From Candidatus Uhrbacteria bacterium RIFCSPLOWO2_01_FULL_47_25 (lineage in GTDB: Bacteria; Patescibacteriota; Patescibacteriia; GWA2-46-9), in NCBI GenBank assembly GCA_001791325.1, contig MGEK01000004.1:8566-72565 (forward strand): a DNA stretch of 64,000 nucleotides, written 5' to 3'. Made by a program: the position numbers and the translations under genes. Below, piece after piece: positions 7,686 to 19,600 of this stretch; the stretch's first letter is position 1, and each line of letters begins with the position of its first letter. Below the pieces are notes generated by a model, which saw only the letters and a list, made by a program, of their open reading frames with translations, ran no database searches and was not told the DNA's origin.

Positions 7686-10600
7686 TTGGTGAAAATGTCT
7701 AAATTATTGGGGGCAAAAAAAAGAAAAAACCCCGCACATCACGGACGCAATAAGCCAGTGGCGCGGGGCCAAAGACAAGAAACTCGCGCAAAAAAACGCC
7801 TCAAAGAACGTGTTTTGGGCGTTATTCAGCGTCAGGTCAAATTAAGGGAACTAAAAGTTTTGGCGCGGCGCGGCGTCATAGGTACGGTAGTGGTCGTTTT
7901 GTTTATTTCCAGTCTTTTTGTCAGAGCCGAGCCCAATCCGTTGCTTGTTCATGAAGTAATTTATCCGCAGTCTTGCCGTGGCACTTGGCAGGGGATGAAT
8001 AATATTTTTACGCAGGAGCTTGATGCCAGAGCCGAGGCCGATGATTTTAATAAGACCAATAGCGCCATGCCCGCCTTGGGCGAACCAACTGTTGCGGCAG
8101 TGCCGGGCAAGGAAGAGTACAACGCTTTCACGGTGTCATTGCCAATTCTTGACCAGCAGTCAAATGTTGATACGTTGATGGATCAGCCGTCAGATACAGA
8201 TCAGGATTTACAATTGATTATTCCACCCATTATTCCTTCTCAAGAGGAGTCGCCCGTTGAAAACGCGCCTTCTCAAAATACACCCATTGAAGATAATGAC
8301 AATAATAGTGAAAATAAGAGTTTAGAAAACGCTCCTTCAGAACAAGTTCTTGGGGAAGAGGACAAAGCAGATGATTCCAGTCAGCCGGTAACAGACGAAC
8401 AGCTGTCAACGGAGAAATCCAATGAGGAACAGGAACAGCCGTTATCGCCACCCTCACAACCTCAACCCCAAGAGCCGCTAGATACTCAATTATTTCCAGA
8501 ACCTGAAACAAAGCCATTGGCGCCACCCGACGATACGTTGCCAATGCCGACAGAACCGCCGGCAACAGAACCGTCAGGAGCGGAACCGTCGTCAACAGAC
8601 CAGCCGATAATCAATTTCAACAATTTGTTGGATAAACTGATTAATAAAGCTTTGGCCGAGGAAGACGCTATCCTGAATACAGATACCAACGCGAGTACGG
8701 CAGATACAAATGGCGCCGAAACTAAAGTTGATTCTAATAGCGAGGCAGACGGCTTTAGTGTTGAAGACATAGTGAAATCAGTGGCGGAAAAGATTGGAGA
8801 TATTGTTAGCGATTCTGCCGATAAGGTGAGTGAAATCATCGCGCCAATTACGGCGGAGCCAGTGGATATACAAAATTTAACACCCGGCACCCCGTCCCTA
8901 GAAACAAAACCGGAGGCTGAAGATTCGCCGTCTTTGCTCGGCACTTTATTTGATGCGGTGGGGCAGGCAATATCTGCAATTACGGATTTAATTTCGCCAT
9001 TGCCGCCGTCAGTTTTAGAGGCTCCATCATTCGCGATACAGGATAGTAATATCTTAAAAACGGAAAATGGCACAATGGCCTGTGCAGACTTCACCCCTCC
9101 TGCCACCACGCAAATTGAACAGGCGTCGCTCGGTCTATCATATACTTTAAAAGATCAATCGCCATTGCCAAACGAGCAGTCTGGATTTCTATGGGCTGAA
9201 TATACTCAAGATAGACAGAATTGGATGATATTAAGTTCCATTGAAGACACGAACTCATCAGTTGAATCGGCTTATCATTTATTTAATTTTCCTCCCGACT
9301 TTGACGCTGGACGCATAAGCGAGACCATTGTTCGTTTGCGCTGGTTTGGCAAATATGATGAGCCGGAAATTTTTATAGATAGTTTATGGCTAGATGTTGC
9401 TCGCCTTGGCGACAGTGAGCAGGAAAAGCCTTCGGAATTAAAAACCGCTAAAAAAGATTTTGCCGCTTTTGAGGACCCGGTTTTTAATTTAAGCTTTGAT
9501 CCGCAAGTGCCCCTATCAGCAAAGAGAGGCGTCATATTTGATAACAGCCAGTCGCAATCAATCATAGAAAAGTATAAAGAAAGATATAAGCAGTGGCTGG
9601 AATCATGGGCGAATTTTATTATTCAAAAACCATTGTCATTCGCGCGTAACGCGCTGGCGCAATCTCCGTCGGCTGATCAAGCGACGCCAAACGACGCGGC
9701 TCTATGGCATGAGACTAATCTGGATATTTCCGCGCGTCTATTGACTAAGGATTATGGACCCACTGACATTGTTCCAGAATTATTGCGCTTAAATTCCGGG
9801 CAATTCAAAATATCGCTTGCCGCGCGCGCCTTCCGCCCTGGCGCCTATATTTTACAAACAACAATTCAAAAAGGGGAGAGTGTCCAAACCCTAGAACAAG
9901 ATTTCACTTGGGGGGTACTCGTCGTAAATACTGACCAGTCGGTTTATAAAACCGGCGACGAAGCTTCATTCTTCTTTGGGGTCTTGAACGATAAGGGAGA
10001 GACTGCCTGCGACGCGACGCTTGAAGCGAAAATTACGGATCCTGCAGGACAGGCGGTGACACTAGCCACGGCTGACGGCACCATCAAGTCCTCTAGTTCA
10101 TGCGCGAAAAACAGCGTCACTGATACGCCTGACTATGGGGCGACTTATCATACAACCACGGCAGGCACCTATGCACTGGCAGTGACGGCTACGACGGTTG
10201 AGGGGAGCCACACCATCACTGACACTTTTTCAGCACAAGATGACCTTCCGTACCGCGTTCGTCGCAGAGGCGCGAGTCGTATTTATCCTTTGGCCAAGTA
10301 CGAGATGTCAATTGAAGTTACGGCACGCAATGATTTTAAGGGAACTGTTACCGAGCGCGTTCCGTTAGATTTTATTGTCACGCCGTCGTCGAATTTTGTA
10401 ATTACTGCAGTAGAAGACGCCCAAGCATTAACGTGGGATGTTGCGCTTCAAGCAGGAGAGAGCCAAAACTTCACGTACGAGTATAACGCACCTGACATTT
10501 CTCCAGCCATTTTTCATCTGGGAGAATTTTCTTTAACCGCTTCCGGCGCCGATCAGCCGATATTTATTGAACCCAATCAGTGGGAAATAGCGAGCGACGG

Positions 10601-13600
10601 ACTTGACCCAGTTATTATCCACGCGCCAGAGGTGGCGCTCCGTCCAGAAGTGCGCGGAAAGGCCGAGCGATTAGCAAGAGAGGTGCCGCTTCCCGAGAAC
10701 GTTCCGCATCACACCCGTTCAATGGAAGGAAATTTTGAAAGCCGGAAAATGAATAGACCCGTCAGTCTTGCTCTGGCTCGCGAGCAGGTGCCGCCAAACG
10801 CAAAGATTTCTGTTGTTGACGCTTATGGTAAAGAAATTACTGACGGTATCGTAGTAAATACAGAAGAAGATACTATGACCGTGGATATTAACCCCGATGC
10901 TAAAGGTATGCGCCCGGGAAAATATACTCTTTATGTGACGGATCCTGACACCGAAGAAGTGCTGGCTGAACAGGATTACACTTGGGGAGTGTTGGCTTTC
11001 AACCCTGATTATGCCGTGTATCCGCCTAACACAACAGCCAATCTCTCCTTTGGCGTGCTTGATGATGCCGGGCGGGTGCTTTGCGATGCGGCCTTGGTCG
11101 CTATTATTGCCGATCCTAGCGGGAATGAAACAGTGCTTGGCACTGGCGATGGTTCGATACGGGTAAACGAGGAATGCTATCAAATGGAAGATACGCAGAA
11201 ACCAGATTATGAAGCCAACTTTGACACAACTATTCCCGGTATCTATCAAATGACCATCATCGCCAAAAGTAAAAACGGCGAGCGGACGCTCAATGATTCG
11301 TTTTCTGTTGATCCAAACGCCGCGTTTTACCTCAAGCGCACAGGGCCGACCCGCACATATCATCCAGCCACTTACAATTATTCCCTCGACTTTACCGCCA
11401 AAGAGGCTGGCACTTATGACATAACGGAAAAAGTTCCTGCTTCATTTACTATAACGGGTGATGGTTTTACCGTAACCGAACAAGACCAAACAAAAATTTT
11501 ACACTGGCAAGTAACGGCCGTGGCGGGGGAAACTAAAACACTGGCTTATCGTTTCAAAGGACCGCCGCTCTCGCCGTATCTTTTTTTACTGGGAGCGGCG
11601 GAAGTAAAAACATCCAGCCCAAATCAAACATGGGTTGAGCCCAGAGAGTGGATGCTGGCCTCTGACAACGCTTGCTCTTCCGACGTTGATCCTTCTGGAA
11701 ACTGGAATACAGCTGGTTCATGGACCTCATGCGGTGGCGTGGTACCGACGACAACTGACACCGTCGCCATTGTTGACGGCGATACTATCACGATCGACTC
11801 CGCGCCTAATTCTGTCATTTCCGTCAACATCAATCTCGGTGGTACGTTAAATGGCGGCTCGGCGACTCTCAATATCAACAATACCGCCGCATCTGGCACT
11901 TCTTTTACCAATAGCGGTACGTGGACCTCCTCAACCGGCACCGTTAATTTTGGCAGCGACGTTGCGTTAACAATGCTTTCAGGAAGCTTTATTGGTTCTA
12001 ATAATTTCAATAACATTACCCATACTTTTACTCCCACTGCTGCAAGAACATACACCGTGGGCGCGGCAGTTGAGATTGGTGGTAATTGGACGTCAACTCC
12101 GGGGTCTACCAGTAACGCCCGCGATTTAACCATTAATTTAAGTGGAGCAACTACTGTTACTGGGACACTAACTCTTGATGGTCGAGGTTGTAATAATGGC
12201 GCTGCTGATGGCACCGCTTCTACCACGCAATTTTCTACCAATGGCCAGAACTTAACAGTTCGCGCGATAGTTGTTGATGGTATTACGAATGGGGATGGTT
12301 GCCGATTTACCACAGCTAACTCTTCTGTTGTTACGTTTACGGGGACGGGTACTACGACGCTTTTCACTTTAGGTCAGACAGGTAGCACCGCCTTGATGAC
12401 TACCGGGACTACTACTGAATGGGATGTTACTTCCGTGTCAGGCACCCCGACGCTTTTTTCCACTTCCGGGACAACAATTACCGTCCACATTTTAAAAATC
12501 GCTGCCTCCGCAACCATTGTCAACCTTGGCGCAGCCTTTACGATTGACGCCAATTCTGGAAATAAATTATGGATTAATTCTGGCATTTTAAATCAGGAAA
12601 ACAGAACTATTACCGCCGGAGCTAGCGCAACTCTGCAGATTGATTCTGGCGGCACTTTGTGCTTGGGCGGGACAACTGCTTCCACCACGGCTAATTGTGC
12701 GTCAGGCGCGACTCAAGCTACGGCTCAAGCAATGCCTTCGTTTACCACCTATACTTTTGACGCCGCCTCAACCGTTTCCTACCTTTCTAACGCTAACGTC
12801 GTGTTTTCCAGTACCCCGAACTATGGCAACTTAACGCTCAACCCGGTCTTGATCAGCACCAACCGTACCTATACACCTGGAGGAGCCATGACCATTAACG
12901 GTGATTTCACTATCAACCCTAATGAGTCGTTTACCGATACTCCCTCGCTCACCGTCGATCCACTTAATAACTATACCGTGGCCTCTGGTAAAACCACTAC
13001 CATTACGAAGACCAATGCCGCCACTTCTGTTCTTATTCTGCCGTTAGCAGTGAGCCAATACCTGTCAACAGGTAAGTTAGTCATTGCCAGTGGTGGAACA
13101 CTCAATGGTGCTATCAGTTCTGCCACGATTATCATTAAGGACACCGGCGCGGCTTTTACCAATAGCGGCACTTATACTTATGGCCTCACAAAAGTGTCTT
13201 ATACGAACACCACTAGCTCCACTGTGTTAGGCATGACCGGCACCAGTGGCACGAATGGATATTATGATTTAGACATAAATGGCACTGGAGGAACCCATAC
13301 GCTGGGGGCCAACACCACGGCCAATAATGCCACCACCATTACCGCCGGCACCTTAAACACTTCGGCAGCCAGCAGCTTCACTTTGACCACTAGCACCTTG
13401 AGCATCACGGGCGGTCTAACGGCCAATGCCTCGTTTATCAATATAACCGGAGCCGGCGCGGCTTTTACTAAGTCTGGCACATTTACTTATGGTACTTCAA
13501 CAGTTGAATATACTAATGCTACGGGAGCGACTGTTTTGTCTATGAACAATGTTGGCAGCACCAACGCCTATTACACTATTTGGGTTGCCAATGGCTCTCA

Positions 13601-16600
13601 TACTCTCGGAGGGGATATCCGAGTTTATGGCGATTTAGCATCAGTATCTGGCACCCTTTCTGACGCGACTGATAGCGTAACGGTAGTTGGTAGTGTTACT
13701 TGTTTTGCTGCGTTTGCGTGTGGAACCATTACATTTACGGGCGGCACTTTTACCCAGATCGTCGCTGCTAATCAGACTTTTGGCACGAATGCATCAGATA
13801 GTACTATAGATTGGACTTTTAATAACCTGACTTTTGATAGTTCTTCTGGATCAAACACTATTACTTTAGGTAATATAGGTTTGACTGGTACCGGTCAAAT
13901 TATTGTTAATGGAACATTAACAATTGGCACAGGGGGCACAATGACCACTCTGCAGGCTGATACCTATGACCGCATCATTGACGCGAACATCGTGACCATT
14001 ACCTCAAAAGGAATCTTGTTCGCCTCGTCTTCGGCGTTGTTCACCGTTGCCGGAGCATTTACTCATACTTCCGGCGGCACTTTCACTCACAGCAACGGCA
14101 TTGTCACATTTGACGGCACCGCGGCCTTGAATTTTGTAAATAATACAACGACTTTTTATGATGTGGTGGTTGCTACCGGGGTAACAAGAACAATTACCGC
14201 AGGAGCCAGCAATGTTCTTACTATAGCCAATACTCTGACAATTAATGGAACAGGAAGAATGGTCTCATTTTCTTCCGAACAATTGTATCTTACAAAAAAT
14301 GGTGAAACGCCGCTCATTGTGGGCGGGGCAACAGCAGTGAATGGACTAACCCTTGTTGTATATAGGCCAGCTGGCACGGCCACTAACGTCGCCGCCACGA
14401 CTTATAATTACCTCTATATATTACCGACCGCGGCGACGACATTAACCCTTCTCGGCGCAACCACAGTCAACGTCAACCTTTTAGTGACAGGTCCTGGTGC
14501 CGGTATAGTTGCCACTCTGGACACGAATGGCCAAACCCTCAATGTCGTCGGCGCTGTCGTCGCCGGTTTTGGTACACCGGGTGCTGTTATTATAGGCGCG
14601 AGCACAGTGGATGTGGACGGGGATGTATTAATTTGGGATGTTTCCGGAAGCTATATCAGCATGACTTCGGGCAGCTTGAATGTTGGCGGCAACTGGTCTA
14701 ATGGAGCGAATTCAGTCTTTACTGCCGGCACTGGCACCGTTACTTTTGACGCCGCGGACGCCGGTAACACCATCGCCACGGGCGGAACTGACAGTAACCA
14801 TGATTTTTACGATGTCATCTTTGATAATTCAGCCGGCTCTTGGATATTCCAGACAAACGACGTCTTAATCTCCAATAATTTAACCGTCACAAATACATCG
14901 GCCACAGGAGTTAACGCCTCGGTGAATGTGACGGTCAACGGCAGTGTTACTGGAGCGGGTGTAATTAACATTACTAATAGCGTGACCTTTACCCAAAAAG
15001 TGGCAGCCGTCAGTAAGACTTTCGGCACCACCTCTGGTGCCAATGATTGGACATTTTATAACTTAGCCTTTGAAAACTCCTCGGGACCCCGGACCATTGA
15101 TACTAATGGAGGGTCGGGACAAATTATCGTTTCCAATACCCTAACTATTGGTAATGCCGATGATTCCACGGTGACCACTCTTGACAACAACACTACTAAT
15201 GACCGCATCATTGACGCGAACATCGTGACTATTACCTCTAAAGGAAGCTTGACCGCTTCTTCCTCGGCTTTATTCACCATTGCCGGCGATTTCACCAATA
15301 ACGGCACCTTCACGCATAGTAGCGGCACAGTTACTTTTGACGGCGCGAGCGCCAACATTAACATACCAGACGCGGGCATAACATTTTATAAGGTTATTAT
15401 TGATATCAGTAGCCCCAATGCTAAAACCTTAGTGAACGGTGCCACGATTGCCGTGATGACTGTGGCTAACACCCTCACCGTTAATGGCACTGGCGCCTTG
15501 ACTTCCGGAGGAGGCAATGAACAGGTTAAGCTCACCAAAGACGGCGATACCGGAGGAGTGCCTTTAACGGTTGGCGGTGCCACAGCCGTTTCGGGGGTGG
15601 CCGCTTTTATTTACGCTCCGGCCGGCGCCGCCACCACGGTTACCGGAACTACTTACAGCTCTCTTACTATTAACCCTACTGCGGCTACCACGTTGACGTT
15701 AGGCGAGGCTGTCATAACAAGTGGCGCTTTGTATGTCTTTGGTCCCAATAGCACTACCGCCGCCACTCTAAATACAAATAACTACGACCTGACAGTTGGT
15801 GGAGCCTTGTTTGTCGGTGCATGGTATTTGGGTTATGCCGATGGAGTGGTTAATTTGGGAAGCAGTACGGTTACGGTGAGTGGGGACGTTTGGATAATGC
15901 AAGATACGGGATCCGAACTTGATGCCGGCTCATCTACCCTGACGGTTGGCGGAAACTGGGTTTGGTTTTCCGCCTTTAGCTCCGGCGGTATTTTTACGGC
16001 GGGCACGAGTACCGTCAAATTTAATGCCGGTGATGCAGGGAATACCATTGATGCCGGCGCCGGCGCGTTTAACAACGTTATATTTGACAACGCCGCCGGC
16101 TCCTGGACGTTTCAGACCACGGCGGCGACAATTTCTGGAGATCTCACCATGACCGCGGCCACGCAGGTTAACGCTTCGGTTAATGTTACAGTGAACGGCA
16201 ATGTATCGTGCGGTGTGACATGCGGAACGATTAATATCACAAACGCTGTTACGTTTACCCAATCCGTTGACGCGGCTAAGAATTTTGGCACCAGCGTTGT
16301 CGATGACGCAACAGTCTGGACATTTAGCAGTCTGACCTTTACAGCCACTACAGATACCATAACTACTAGCTCCAATGGCACCGGCAATATAAATGTTACT
16401 GGCACCTTAACTATTTCCGGCTCAACTACTCTGGATGCCGGCGATCGTAATTGGGTTCTATCCGGCGCTGGCACGCCCTTCGCGCGAACCGGAACTTTCA
16501 CCGGAAACACATCCACTTTTAATTATACTTCAACCACCGGAGTTGACGCCCTTTCCTCGGCCGCCATGACCGGTTCTAATGCCTACTACAATCTCACTAT

Positions 16601-19600
16601 CAACTCTTCCGGCGACACCTTCACGGCTGGTGTGGCTGTTGCGGCTACTAACAAAGTGCTCGTAACCGCCGGTATCCTTGCCATGGGTGCCAATGCTTTG
16701 ACCGCAGGCTCCACAGGTGTCACTGACTCTGGCCAAATTAGTGTGGCTTCCGGTCATTCTCTAACCTCAAGTGGCACCGTCACCATCGTTAGCTCGGCCG
16801 CAAGTACAGCGAGTTGCCTTGGCGGAACAACCCTGCCGGGGTGCACTGGCGCAGTGGGCACACTCACTTTATCCACTCTTGTTATCGGTGACGGAGCCAC
16901 CACCATGACCACGGCTTTTGGTGGTACCACTCCGAGCATGGCCATTTCTACGCTTCTCAATATCACTACGAACGCCACCTTCACCGCCGGTACGGGAAGT
17001 ACTATTACTTTGTCAGCGGCTGGCACTCCCATTACTCGAGACGGGAACTTCAGATGCGGTACAAGCACGGTTGCTTATACTTCCTCCACCGGAGTTGACG
17101 CCCTGTCTTCGGCCGCCATGACCGGTGACTGCACAACCGGAAACGCCTTCTACAACCTAGTTATAAACGGTACAAACAATTTTCCCGTTACTAACGATAT
17201 TATTGTTACTAATAATTTAACCGTGACGGCAGGGTCACTTACTGGTACAAGCAATGTAACCGCCAACAGTAATGTTGCCTGTGGCGTTACTTGCGGCTCG
17301 ATTACTTTGACCGGCGGCACGTTTCTCCAATCAGTAGGGGATGCCAAAAATTTTGGCACAAATGTAGACGAAGACGATACTTGGACATTTAACAATCTTA
17401 CTTTTACAGCCACCACAGATACCATAACCACGAGTTCCAATGGTACTGGCAACATAAATGTTACTGGCGACTTAACTATTTCCGGCTCAACCACTCTGGA
17501 CGCAGGAGACAGAACATTCGTTTTGTCAGGTAGTTCCGGCTCGCCGTTCGTGAAAACAGGCACTTTCACTTACAATACTTCCACGATTAAATATACTGGT
17601 ACGACAGTAACGGTATTATCTATGACCGGCACCGGTGGTAGTGATGGGTACTATAATCTCACGGTGGACGGCACCGGGCCATTTAACGCCGGCGGAGCAA
17701 TTGTAGCAAATAACGATGTCACGGTAACGTCCGGCACACTGGCTATGGGGGCGAACGCCCTCACAGTGAACGGCGGCGACATCTCGGTCAGCGGTATCTT
17801 CTCGCAAACCGCGGGCAGCGCCACCACAGTTGTCACTACTGGCTCCATTGGAGGCGCGGGTACTACGACCTTTGGCGAGCTTAACATTGGCACTGGTTCA
17901 AGTGACCAAACTACTACGGCTGGCGGCGACTTCACTGTCTCCGGCGTTCTGACCACTGTCTCATCTTCCAGCACCAACAATTTTGACGCTTCTTCTAAGA
18001 CCATCACCCTCTCGGGCACAGGCACGCCGTTTGTGAATAACGAGACGTTTACTTATGGGACTTCCACTATAAAATACACTGGCAGTGATACCACCACAGT
18101 TCTTGCGATGACTGGCACCGGTGGGACAAATGGATATTATAAATTGATAACTCAAGGCACAGGTCCGTTTAACGCTGGCGGAAGTATCACAGCCAACAAC
18201 AATATCAACATTACGAGCGGCACTTTTGCCGTTGGCGGAAACACCTTAATTGGTGCCAATATCACTGTTGACGGCGGTTCGTTGTCGGCAACAACGAGCG
18301 GCGGAAAAATTAAAATTTCCGGCGGCGGAGATTTGTCCGTCACGAGCGGAAGCATTGTTACGGCTGATGTGGCGACCCCGGTTGAAATCACAAGTTCTGA
18401 TACCGCTACGCCAACCTATGTTGGCGTGAGCGTTACTGGCGCTTCCAGTACAATAAATATCCCCGAATTGGATATTGATTATTTAAAGAGCACGGGATTT
18501 GTCGTTGGCGCGAGCGTTACCGTCACGGCCATGGATAAGGTGAGATGGGGCGGGAGCGGTGGAACATGGAATGGACAGGCGGCGGTGGGCGAAGTGCTGT
18601 TAGACGCCACGAGTTTAACTAAGACGCTTGATGGTCATGTTTTTCCAAATACATGGGCGAGCCAAGGCGGTTCTGATTGCAACGTCAGAGCGAATACTGA
18701 TGGTACTGTCACCATGACAAATTTTTCCGGAACATATAGTGGCGAAGACTATGATTGCGATAATGGCGGTACGGTAACATGGGTCAGCGGGCTCTCGATA
18801 GCCGGCACGGTTTATACTGACGAAGGGTCAACTCGTATGACCACTGGACCGACCGTGCGCGTAAAAGTTGATGGAGCAGGGGACTTCAGTGATGTGGCAG
18901 ATACTACCAATTGCCCGGGGAGTAGCCCCTGCGGTGAATACCTTATCACAGGTGTCACTCCTACGGACAGCGGAGCAGTGCTTACGATTTATCTTGATGA
19001 TGAAACAGAGAATGCCACCACTGTCACCATATCGAGCGGCTTGGATTTAACGGGCATAGACCTTTACCAAAATCGTGTCATCGTGCGATACGAAACCGGC
19101 AGCAGTATTACTAATACCAATTTAGACCAATATGACTGGGTTAACGAAGGTGATGCGAATATTGATGGAGACATTGGTTTCCAGGTGACAGCCGGCGCTT
19201 TGACAGTCTCTAAAGACAGAGAACTCCACATCTGGACAGGCAAGACTTTCACGCCGGGCGGAAGCGTTACCACAAATACCGGAGGCAGTGGAGTTGGTGG
19301 AGACGTCCATATTGTGGGAATTTTTACAGCCACGACTACCGAGAGTCATTCGGTCGGCGGCTCCTGGACTGATACTGGCACGTTCAATCCCGCCAGCTCA
19401 ACGGTCACGTTTGCCGCCACCTCTGGCACGAAAACCATCACTTCAACCGGCTCGTCATTTTATAATTTGATTATCAACGGTTCGGGCGGCGAGTTTCAGC
19501 CACAAGACGCCATGGTTGTTACAAACGACCTTACTATAACCGCGGGCACGCTGTCGGGAACGCAAAACGTGACGGTTAACGGCCATGCTGTAGGTACCGC